Assembly: GCF_036321535.1 (NCBI RefSeq)
Contig: NC_087437.1
Coordinates: 102,674,001 to 102,738,000, forward strand
Length of the DNA: 64,000 bases
Origin: Camelus dromedarius
Taxonomy: Eukaryota
Reading direction: 5' to 3'
Shown: positions 25,870-37,070 of the stretch, one piece after another
Numbering within the stretch: the first letter of the stretch is position 1
Layout: each line of letters opens with the position of its first letter
Program-made: the position numbers and the translations under genes
Notes under the pieces: model-generated
The model's input: only the letters and a program-made list of their open reading frames with translations
Databases searched by the model: none
What the model was told of the DNA's origin: nothing

Positions 25870-26520
25870 TACCATTTTTTGTTTCATGAATACATGGGCT
25901 ACAGCATCTTCCATATCACAGACATTGTGTTACCTCCTGGGAACACAAATATACCACCTGTACTCAAACCTTTTCCTCAGGGTCTGCCTCTGGGAAAATC
26001 TAGGCTAAATCAGAGTGTGTGTGTGTGTGTGTGTGGTGGGGGGGTACACATGTGTACATGTTGACGTGTTGGGAGGTGACATATAGGGCTTTCCAGGCAG
26101 CTGGAACATCACATATGAAGGCACGAAGGTGGAAAACAGAATTCTAGCAACACCTAATAATTTGTAGCATGATGAGAGGATACAACATACCTAGAGAGTG
26201 GTAAGACAACATCCTCTGGTAGATGTTAAAAGCAAGAACATAAATAGCCTTCCAGGCCCATTAAAAAGAATCTGTACTTCCTCACAAAAATCATTAGGAA
26301 CATATTAAGAAAAGGATATTCCAATCAGAAGGAATTGCTTGATTACACGTCCTATTGATTAAAGAATTTTTGCATGTTCCTTTAAAATTATAGAGAAGTC
26401 TAAATGTGCTAATGGGATGATGATAAAGGAGCAAGATATGGATAACAGTTATTAGAGTTGTTCAGAATAGATTTATTTTATCTGATCAATACCTATTGGT
26501 TACCAACAGAGGGAAAGAAG
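25870..26520 (-). mobile_element. L2 remnant containing a (TG)n run at about 26014-26035
   Basis: cagacattgtgtt...ttccaggcagctggaacatcacatatgaaggcacgaaggtggaaa. Confidence 0.6.
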
Positions 26521-26569
26521 AAAGAAAAAATCTGAAATCCTGCTCTCTCATCATGTTGATATTTGGATA

Positions 26570-28490
26570 ACATGGTTTCCACTGCCTTGTATTTGAGTTA
26601 ACTGATCCTTTCTTCTGCTTGATCTAGTCTGCTGTTGAACTCCTCTATTGAATTTTTTTGTTCACTTCTTGTATATCTTCAGCTTTATGATTTTTGTTTG
26701 ATACATTTTTGTATTTTCTGTCTCTTTGTTGAAATTCTCACTTGCTCGTGCATTGCTCTCCTGACCTCAGTGGGCATCTTTGTGACTTTTATTTTCAACC
26801 CTTGATTGAGTAAATCACTTACCTCCATTTCATTAAGGTTAGTTCCTAGACAGATACCTTGTTCTTTTGCTGGGAATGTATTCCCTCACTTATTCTCCTT
26901 GAACTATGTTGCTTTCTGTGCATTAGATAAAATAGCCACCTCTTCTAGTACTGACAGAGTGGTTTTGTGTGGGAGATAAATCCCATCAGTCAGCCTGGCC
27001 TGATCTCCTAGTTTCTCTCAAGCCTTTGTGATTGTCCACGTCACAGGGTAGGCCAAGACCTGTCAGTATCCCAAAGGCGTGGAAAATGCTCCAACACCTA
27101 TTTGGGATCCCAGAGTCTCCTTCAGCCTCCCAGTGCAGGCTAATTGGAATCCAAACTATCAGGCAGCAGCTGGGAAAGTCAGGGAAAAGGACATCTGATA
27201 TCCAGTCTAGCCCCTACCGGGGAGGAATTGGCACTGGGTGTTGGCTCTCTCACTCTGGGCTGAGCCGGGGGGTGGGTTGCTGGAAATGTGTGTGACCTAA
27301 CAGAACCACCTCTGTTTTGTGTGATCCTGGAGGACCAGTGATTACTGAGCCCCATCTGCTCCCAGAGCTAGGTGACTGGGGAGCCAGTCCCTCTGGTGGC
27401 AGTCACAAAAGTAGAGGTACAACATTTGTGGACCAGCTCCTTCTAGAAAGAAGCTGGAGACTTAGTTTTACTGTTGGAGAAGTTAGTGGGGAGACAGGAC
27501 AGAACATGCCCCCCAGTTCCTTCAGTCTCCCAGGAAGGTCCCAGTCAGGTCCCCCATGCTGGCAGATTAGAAACTGGAACTTCTGGCAGCAGCTTGGAAA
27601 GTATGCCGTCAACTCCTTTCCGTAGAGACACTGAGTGGCTGGCATTTTCGCCTGCGCTCTTTACGTGGAGCTCAGGAGTGCAGCTGCAGGGATTGTTCGT
27701 GCACCTATTTAAAAACTATTTCTTTGTTTGCTATCGTTCTGTGTGATGTGTGAATGTAAGCTTCACTGCCTATCGGAGATAGGTAGCTTGGGTGCCTACC
27801 CATCAAGTGACAGATGTAAATGTTGAGGCATCAGATATATGAACAAGTTCCTTTTAGGGTGGAGCTGGAGATTTGGGAGCATGTGGAGAAGTGCCTGCTG
27901 GCTCTTTTGGGTTCCAGGGAAGATCACAGTCAGCACCTAGATGCGGGTAATTAGAAGCTGGATCTTTTCCAGTAGCTGGTAAAGTATGTGATTAAACCCT
28001 CCGAGGAAACTCCGGCAGATGGGCATTTTTGTCTGCTCCCTCTGCACCGAGCCTGTGGGGAGTAGTGCCTGGGGAGTGGTCATGCGCTCATTTAATAGCT
28101 GCCTCTTTGTTTGCTAGAGTCCTATGGGACTTATGAATGCAAGCCCCATTGGCTATCAGAGCTACATGATTTGGGGACCCATCTGGATGGCAGCCTTAAA
28201 AGTTGGGATGCTACGTGTGTGATCCAAGTCCTTTGCTTCTCAGGGAGATGCTGGCAGTCTGGGGTTCCCTCTCCATTGTAAGACACTGTGTTTGAGGTGG
28301 GCTTTATAGCAAGTGTGTGTCTCTGGCATTCCCACTTGTTTCCATGTGTTTTCTCAGTTGTTATGTGTAGGACTCAATCAAACACAGTTTCTGGATTTTT
28401 CTCAGAAGGAGTTGCTCTAGGTATAGCTCTATGTTCTGTGCAGCAGGAGGAGGGAAATTCAGGAGACTCCTATGTCACCATCTTGGTGAT
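26570..28490 (-). mobile_element. L1 5' end: monomer-containing 5'UTR plus ORF1 N-terminus, 3' part missing
   Basis: ORF1 remnant GNTFPAKEQGICLGTNLNEMEVSDLLNQGLKIKVTKMPTEVRRAMHEQ...KNSIEEFNSRLDQAEERIS*LKYKAVET; 5' tip ccaagatggtg (plus caccatcttgg 28476-28486); GC-richer UTR. Confidence 0.9.
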
Positions 28491-30064
28491 AATCACTCTC
28501 CTTTCCCCTTTCTTCAAATGAAACTGAAAAAAAAAAAATGTGGAATCTCCTTCCTTTATTTAAGCAGATTTCCCAGGGATGTATGCCAAAAAAAGGGAAA
28601 AAATCCTCAACTCTACTATGACGTCCAATGCTATTACCAATCTTTTTAATTATAGTCTTTCAGTCTGTAATATAATTACTATCCATAACTCTCCACTGCA
28701 TCACTGAAGTAGGTTCATTTCAATTATATATCCACCTAATTTACCATGGCATGGGTTAGCCACTATCCTGTACATTTCTCTGGGTTCCCACCAAACTATA
28801 AAGTGTATTAACCTATTTTTTTAATGTACATATTCTGGCTTTTCTCAAGAAACCAAGGGAGAGCATCCCACAGCTCAGATCACCTACACCACACTGTAAA
28901 CAGTTGCTTGTCTTTGAATTACAACTCCTGAAATATTGTTTGACATTCTTGGTTTAAAATGCCTAACTCAAATTCAGATATCTACTTAATTCTAAAAATT
29001 ACTGGGACAGACCTGGCACTTAAATTTTCTTGAATAATTCCATTATATCATTAAGATACTCTTAGGCTGAGATGATTTTTTTCTTAAATGAGGCAGTAAG
29101 CAAAAATCTTCTTGTACCACATGAAAATGTATTAAATTTAACATGGCTCTTGAGTCTATTTAAAATATTGTATCCATCTATAAATGGATTACTGAGCTGA
29201 CGAGAGTATAAGAAATGGCCCCTCAGGCATTCAGACATAGAACCAGGAATAAAACCAACAATATTGGTTAAAAAATATGATATGGTGACATCAAATAATT
29301 TCAAAATTTAGTGTGAGAAACAATTGTTTTAAAGATTTTGAGTCAGATAAGCAGTTAATCTTCGGAGTTATGTTGAACCCATACTTAGGGTAAGCCTAAA
29401 ATTAGGATATAGCATATATGTTATTACCTGGAATTTTTTTCTCTGCAGTCTCTCTATCACACCCGTAGACTTCTGAGTCTGACATTTCTGGAAGGAGAAT
29501 ACATTAAAGTCCCAGAGCAGAAAGGAGAAGAAAGAGAGCCCATTTTCATCACAGTGCTAATAGGCTGAGCGCTCTGCTTGCCTTCATTCCATTCCCAAAT
29601 CCCCTCATCAGATCTTCATTCTAAAACGGTTGATACTCCACCTCCCAATTTACTTCTCACTCTTCTCTTTTTTAATTATCTATCCACAACAATTTGAATA
29701 ACTAAATATATCGTCAAGGGAAGCACACACCACACACACACATCCCAACACCTTCAGATAAAATAAACAACATTTAGAGTAACTGTGTTCCTCTCTCAAA
29801 TTGTAAAAGTGAAATGAAAATCTATTGGTTTGGTATCCTTTCTCTGTTTTGTTTTTTCCCAGAGTGATTAGCATATCGCTCAAATTTATGGACCAATATT
29901 ATTTATATTATTGGAAATCATACTAAATGTTAGAGGCAGAAGTTGCCATTATCAGTGTTGGAATTTTGATATAATACCCTGTCAAATTTCCATCAGGGAA
30001 CTCATGGCATTCTATTTTCATTTTCAACAATTTAACTTTTACTTTTATTTTCAGAAAGATTTTA

Positions 30065-30310
30065 TATAGGTCTTGGCACATAGTAGGTTATTCAGAAAAC
30101 ACCTCTTAGATGAATGAATAAATGGATGCATCTTATATCTCCAAATATCCTAGAGAACTAGCATGTCATATAAACCCCTTATTCGATATGTGATACTGAG
30201 CTCAAGAGGACTGGTGAATTGTTTTAACTTAACATAGATAGTTTGCAGCCAGGTTTGTACTAAAATGTGGGTCATTTAACTCATTTCATTGTTGCTATTC
30301 CACCACACAG
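30065..30310. mobile_element. L2 3' tip (+) followed by a MIR fragment (-)
   Basis: tggcacatagtagg...gatgaatgaataaatgga; gatatgtgatactgagctcaagag. Confidence 0.6.
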
Positions 30311-30808
30311 CCTTTCCCCTGATAACTGGAGTCTGTGTAATCGCTCTTAAAATGTGACATTTCTAATTAGATGTGATTTCCATATATTATTCCATGCAGC
30401 CAGGAATAATAAAAGTTCTTATGATTGAAATATGTTTAATGTAGTCTTAAAAAACTGTCACTTTGTTTTAGCAATGTATGTCCTTGTTGCCTCATACTTG
30501 TGACTAGCGAACACGCCGCAGTTTTTAATTATCAATTGGAGTTTGTGCGTTTTCACACTTCATTTACCCCCATTAAGATGGTAGCTGTTGGTTTCAACCC
30601 ATGTTTCCAGGGTATTGAGGTAATTCTAAACCTTAATGCTGACATCTATGATATTAAGTAGCAATTTCATTTGTGTTTACCACAAATTTGACTAAAATGC
30701 ATCTAGGCTTAGGGATGCAAAACAATGTCTCCAGAGCTAAATTTGAACCATCTATGCATTTTTATTAGCTAGTACAGTTATTTATTATTTTTTCAATGCC
30801 CAGGAAAG

Positions 30809-31284
30809 TGTATTAGTTTTCTAGTGCTGCCTTACCAAAATACCAAAATCTGAGTGGCTGAAAACAACAGATATTTTCTTGTAGTTCCGGAGGCCAGAAG
30901 TCTGAAATCAAGATGTTGGCAGGGTCATGCTCTCCCTGACAGCTCTAGGGGAGAATCCTGTGTGTCTCTCATGACTTCTGGTGTTTTTATGCAATCTTTC
31001 TTCTTTTTTTTCGCGTGTATAGACATCACTCCAGTCACGTGGCTATCTTTCCTTGTGTTGCTTCATTTTTGTCTTCCAATTGTGTGCATCTGTCCCCCTG
31101 TCCAGATTTCTCCTTTCTATAAGTACACCAGATATACTAGACAAGGGCCCACATTGATGACATTATTTTAACTTAGTTATCTCTGTAAAAACCCCTACTT
31201 GCAAATAACGTTGTATTCTGAGGTCCTAGGGTTGAGAACTTTGATTAAGTTTTTGAGCAATGGGACACAATTCAACCTGTAACA
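30809..31284 (-). mobile_element. MLT1C-type MaLR solo LTR
   Basis: tgtattagttttctagtgctgcc...ggaggccagaagtctgaaatcaagatgttggcaggg...gggacacaattcaacctgtaaca; 5-bp TSD GAAAG at 30804-30808 and 31285-31289. Confidence 0.93.
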
Positions 31285-32679
31285 GAAAGAATTTGGGTTT
31301 GTGTTCTCTACTCATAGTCCCGGATACCTATTATGCTATTCATAATGTTGTACAGACTGTGCCATACACTTGATACATATATATCTAATCTAAATGTATA
31401 TAGTTCCAAACATATGTACATATATATGACACATGTGTTTCACATGAGCATGTTTGTGGGTGTGCATGATAGTAGAAAGTTACAAACTTTCTAGTCTCCA
31501 CAAATTTTTCTTTTGCTTTGCCAAAAACCATCAGTTACTGATTTAAGGCAGTAATTCAGCAGATAGCGTTTTACCTGACCCACTTATTTTTGAAATTAGT
31601 TTACATGACTTCCTTTCATACACAGTGATATCACAGCTCCTCATGCCTCTGTCCAGTCTTGCAGCCGAGTTTTAAAAGGAGCAAAAAAAAAAAAAAAAAA
31701 GAAAAAGAATATAATATTATCACAATGCTGGAGTACTGAAATGACGTGATATCTAGTAATATATTTACAGATCTAAAAATGTCCTAGAGAGACAAATATC
31801 CTATCAATGACTCCAAGGTTGAGAGAAATTAGTTGTACATGAATGTGACTGAATTCAGATTTTTTTTTTCAGTTAAAGTGAGTAATTTTCTTATTTTCCT
31901 TATCTATAGCTTAATATTAAAAAAAACAGAAGTTATCAACTTGTCTTAGTTAAAAATATAGAAGAATAACCATGAATTTGATCAAGAGCTTTCTATTCTT
32001 ACCAATGGTGCACATGAGAAAATAGAGAAAAATGTAGCATCAAATCCTAATTCTTTTAAGCAGAATAACACATTTGTCTAGTAAATCTGTGGAAAGTATT
32101 TAAAATAGCATATGGGTTACCATTGGATTTGTTGTGATTGGATAAAACGTAATACTATAGAGTGGAAGTCTCACTTGCAACAATCTCAAGTGAAATTCTA
32201 GACACCCTTATTACCTCTTGATCCATTACAATCAGTGTCAGTCTGCTACTTTGCTTTTGGAAGATGGTTCCATCCATATTGTTCACCAGCAGCACATTCT
32301 GGCTACAAAGCCCACCACTAACTTCCTGTTGGCTGTGTTTCTGCTGTTTTGTATGTTCTAAATGTCATTCCAGAGTGTGGTTTTCAGTTGGAGGGTTGGA
32401 AAATGTGAGCAGAAATAATAGATAATCAAAAGGGCTTAGATGCAGATTTCTTTAATAGTTCTAGTCTAATTTCAAACCGAGAGAAAAAATGAGATCGCTC
32501 CATTCCAGATTTCTACAGTCTCATTGCTTTTGTCACACAGAACAACCATCTTGTGGGTGACTGTATCTTAGAAAGCCGTGTATATCCCTTGTCTCAGAGG
32601 TAGCTATTTTATTTATAAATATGAAACATTAACTGTATGCAGATGGAGTAAAAGGCTCTATAAAAATGATTAAAAATAA

Positions 32680-32748
32680 TTGTGCTCTACACCAGAGATT
32701 GACACATTGCAATTGACTGTACTTCAATTAAAAAAAGAAAGGAAAAAA
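32680..32748 (+). mobile_element. Very short L1 3' tail
   Basis: tgtgctctacaccagagattgacacattgcaattgactgtacttcaattaaaaaaag. Confidence 0.85.
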
Positions 32749-33499
32749 TCTGTCATTATATGTGTTAGCATTTAAAAGGATATACTTTACAATTAGAGGT
32801 TGTTAATGACAGGAAGAGTACAAGATTTGGAGAGTTACCTTGATTCTCTTTCTTACTATATTCAACGTATTAACATTGAATTCCAAAGATAAACTCTAAA
32901 TATTATCTTAAGACATAAGTGAAGCTTTTTGATATAGTATCTCTCAATGATAGTAATAGTGGTACAGCCCTCTAATTTGGATTCCTTGCAAACACTCTCT
33001 CATACAGACAATTGCTTTTTTTAATTGGGATATTCACCTTGCTGCATTAAAACCTTTTGCCTCAGTAACATTTTTTTATAATGAACTGACATCTTTTAGA
33101 GAAGATGAACTGAACTTGAAGAATTATTATAGCCTTAAGAATTCTTATTTAAGAAAATAGATTGAAGCGTTTAGTATTCTCCAAAGAGTTCTTTCCTATC
33201 AGGGTTAAAATTCATATCACATAAAGATGAAGTTTTCCTATTCTAGTTCTATCAAATTATCATCTGGTTAGTTATTTCTCATGATTAGAAGAAAGAGTTA
33301 CAGCAGTAGATTCACTCTTCATTTTAATACTAGGAATATATATTACTGGATAAATTATTTGATGTCTCAAGTGATCACTGGTTTCTTTATTTATGTATTT
33401 TTATTTAGCAAATTTTTACATAGTATGTGGTTTGGGATAGGAGCAGCCCTAAGTGATTAAAACATTAATTAATTTAAACATCTAACAACCCTAGAGGCT

Positions 33500-33840
33500 C
33501 TGAGATAATTTGGATAAATTTTGCTCAGCAAATAATCATTTCCTCCTCCCTTACGGTGGGTGAGTTTATTACTCTGCCCAACTGAGGCCAGGCTGGGACT
33601 CTAGACTTACTTAGGCCAATGAATGGGCCTTTTTGCTTACAAAAATGTAAGCATATTTGATGGGAGCAGAGATCCTTCATGCACTTGGATGTTCTGACTC
33701 ATCTTTTATGCTATTATAAGATTTTAGAGATTGTCCTTTAGCTTGGGTTTCAGAATGAACATATTAAGAGAACAGCTTCAGAGCCTGGCCAAGCAGGATC
33801 TCCCAGGCAAGCCCATCTTGGGTCAACTGAACTTTTATTT
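33500..33840 (+). mobile_element. Old MLT1-type LTR remnant
   Basis: ctgcccaactgaggccaggctggg...gacttacttaggccaatgaatg; agcttgggtttcagaatga. Confidence 0.5.
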
Positions 33841-33869
33841 AGGATTTCACTAAATCTAACCTTAATGGT

Positions 33870-34338
33870 GCTATTTGGACTTTTGGTTTCCACCTGACAG
33901 TAAACCAGCAGGTATCATCCTTACAGGGGTAATTGACTCTGGTTTTCATGGTAGTGTGTGTAATTGCAACTGGAACTGGAAAGGGTATGGGTGGACCCGA
34001 GCTGACTGTTTGGGTCACTTCTTGGGTAATAATCATAAGTAACCATAGTTTGGAAAGGGCATGGTAACCAGAGTTCCAGTCCCTAGAGAATGGAGGTCTG
34101 GGTTATCCCCTAAGGGGAGCAACCTAGACCTAACCAAGTGGTAGAGGAGGAATATTATGAATATTATTTGTAGCCTCAGTACCGATTACAGCGGTGACTA
34201 GTACAGATTATTCCACCATTGTTCTTTCTTTTTCTCTTTCAGAAATTATGCCTTGCCACTGTCATGAAGAAGCATTGTCAGCACAGAGAAAATTTATTTG
34301 TGAGACACAGGTGGATTTGAGTAGTGTAAGAGGAGAAC
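33870..34338 (+). mobile_element. ERVL/MaLR internal 3' remnant (dUTPase-like segment, pol C-terminus, PPT)
   Basis: FGLLV; GIILTGVIDSGFHG (33911-33952, dUTPase motif-3-like); MEVWVIP*GEQPRPNQVVEE; PPT-like gtgtaagaggagaac. Confidence 0.65.
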
Positions 34339-34364
34339 TTGAACAGAACCTGTCGGCACCCTTC

Positions 34365-34666
34365 CATTAGTGTGTTGTGTTTATTACAACTGAGGAACCA
34401 GTGCTGACATATTTTTAAGTAAAGTTCATAGTTTACATTATATGTTGTATTGTACATTCTGTGGGTTTGGACAAATGTACCACGACATGTATCCATCATC
34501 ACAGTATCCTACAGAATAGATTCAATGCCCTGAAAATCCTCTGTGCTCTACTCATTCACCCCTTCCTTCTTTCCCAGACCCTGCCCCCAGAATACTTAAT
34601 CTTCTGGTCTAATCTTCCTGCTGTCCCTATAGTTTAGCTTTTTCCAGAATGTTGTATAGTTGAATC
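34365..34666 (-). mobile_element. L1MC-type 3' fragment
   Basis: gtacattctgtgggtttggacaaatgta...acagaatagattcaatgccctgaaaatcctctgtgctc...tttccagaatgttgtatagttg. Confidence 0.85.
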
Positions 34667-36149
34667 CCATCCCCTTTTTTCTACCTGCCGATGTTGCTCT
34701 CACAAGAGCTCAGAGACATCAGAAGTGCTGCAGTTTATCTTGGGCTGTAAAGTTAAGCCCTGAGTCTGAGTCTTTGGAATCTTGGTGTATGAGCCATTGC
34801 AGAAAACAATGGTAGGAGAAGCTTTCTTTTACCACCAGCGAATAAGTTATTCACAACTATTCAATTGTTCCTACTTACCTTCAAGCGATACTTCAACTGC
34901 AGTTGAAAACAGGAGCAGCTTGCCCTCAAGGAGAACAAAAATTGAATATAAGTCTGCTCAAAATTACAGGTGGGAAATCACAATTGAGAGTCAGGGTTAG
35001 GGAGTAGGATAGGAGCCACTGTACAGAAGCAAATCAGGATTTTAGATTTGCTTTCAAATTCATCTTTTTCGTAAAGGTGTAAATTGAGTATTACGATCAG
35101 CCATAATATTTTTCTTAAAATGTATGCTCCATTAATCTTTTCTGAAGATGTTCTCCAGTACACCCTGGAGCCACCTACTTGAATGGGCCACAGTCATTTC
35201 ATTTCATGTGAGGCACTTTAATTATTTAAGGGGTTATATTTTGAGCTACTTTAAAATGATTACTATTTTTATCATTACTTTATCTTTGCATTTGGAAAGA
35301 TAGAACCAACAAATTGCATACTTCTGTCCAGCTTCTTTCTGTTGTTATTACAACCACAAGCAAGGTAAATGAATGTTTATGTCACAAAAATATTTTGAAA
35401 ATATGCTAGACCAGGAAAAGCAGCAACAAACACAACATGCAGTTAGCACCATTTTCTCTAATTTACTAAGGGCGATTATCCCAAAAGGGACCTACTTATG
35501 CTGTGCCTATATTCCTGGGGCAGTTGCTGACTGATTACTTGCCATCTAGAAAGATTGCTTTTCTCTGTTGTGCTGAAGTCCCGCAAAGCACCAGTTTTGT
35601 ATCAATGACTGACTTGCTGTGATACTGCCAGCTAATATGGAATAATAAATAATTTGGAATTCAGTTACTCTAAACGTTATCACCAGTTATCAGTGATTCT
35701 CTCAACCACAACAAAAATACATATATTGCATTTGATACTACCTAATTTCTGAATTGGTGGAGATTAAAATGATTCTGAACATAATTTTCTTAAAAGAAAA
35801 GTAGAAATAGCCACAAATATGAACAATTTTATGCACTCTAATTCTTATTAAGGGATTTATTATTGTCTATCTTATTTAGATTGCCTTTGGTTAATAAAAT
35901 AATTTGCAAGGCCTACAGTTAACAAGGTCTAAGTTACTGATAAAAGAAATACTGGGATGTAATTATTTGAATAAAAATTTAAAGTGTGAAAGTTAGCCAT
36001 TTTGAAAGAATATATACTTCATTTTTTAAATGAAATCTAAGACTATTATAGGCAATATGTTTACAGCAACTGGCTGACAAGTTATCTCTCTTTTTAGGTT
36101 TATTACTAATTTTCTGAAAACTCTACTCCTTTAATATAATAAATGTAAT

Positions 36150-36790
36150 TGTCCCCAAGTTTATATTATTAAATACATTCAGTATTCTCTTGTGATAAAT
36201 TCTTCAGAAAATTTATGTATGATTATATAGGGTTATGGTCCCAAATTTGAATATATCTTTAAATATATGATTCAGATGGTGAAAACTCCCTCCAGAAAGT
36301 GTACAGCTTGTGGCCCCCTCTCACAGGTCTGAAGGAGTTCCTGATCCCTCCACAAACATACTGATGATATTCAGCATTATTATCCCTGGATTCCATGCTA
36401 ATTTAAGAAATAAATATATACTTTACATTAGTTTAAATCATATTTCCTTAGATTAGTATTGGTGTCAGTGTATTTTCATATACCTATGTGTCTATGTACA
36501 TATATATCTATCCATTTATCTGTCATCCCCATTGCAAATTGCATGATCACAACCCTTTTCCACTTACATATTTGAGTAGTTATTTTTTTTTACTATTGAT
36601 TTAAATTAACTAGTTTATTAAAGAGTAAAGTTTTTTATGTCATAAATGCTGCCTATAATTCCTATGTTTTCCCATTTTTTACTTACTTTTCAGTTTTGCT
36701 TATTCATCAGTATTTAATGCCCAGAAGTTAAAATGTTTGTCAGGTCCAGTCAGTCAATCTTTTCGCTTATGGTTTCTGTGTTTGGTAGTA
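36150..36790 (-). mobile_element. Ancient L1 (L1M) ORF2 3' remnant
   Basis: ctccagaaagtgtacag...ttagtttaaatcatatttcctt...cagtcaatcttttcgcttatggtttctg. Confidence 0.6.
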
Positions 36791-36819
36791 AAGAGTGATT
36801 TTGAAGCAAGAGTTTTCAT

Positions 36820-37070
36820 TTTCAATAAACTTTTATTGAGCACTTGTCCTGGCTAGGGGCAGCGAGAGGCAATTAAGTGCTTGTCCTGCACGAAATTTCA
36901 ATCCAGTTGTGGAGACAGAAAAATAAATGTACATTCACACAACATTAAGAAATGTTTTACCAACAGCAATCTACAAATAAATGCAAATTGATACAGTGCA
37001 AATTGAGAACATATGTGCAAAGAATAAAGGAATGGGTAATTGAATGGAACTTTTCAAGGGAGGGAAATTA
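36820..37070 (-). mobile_element. L2 3' fragment
   Basis: ttcaataaacttttattgagcac...gtcctgc...ccagttgtggagacaga. Confidence 0.65.

Noticed and set aside
27032..27746. Cluster of overlapping ORFs in GC-richer DNA
   Set aside because: Lies in the L1 5'UTR; higher GC lowers stop-codon frequency
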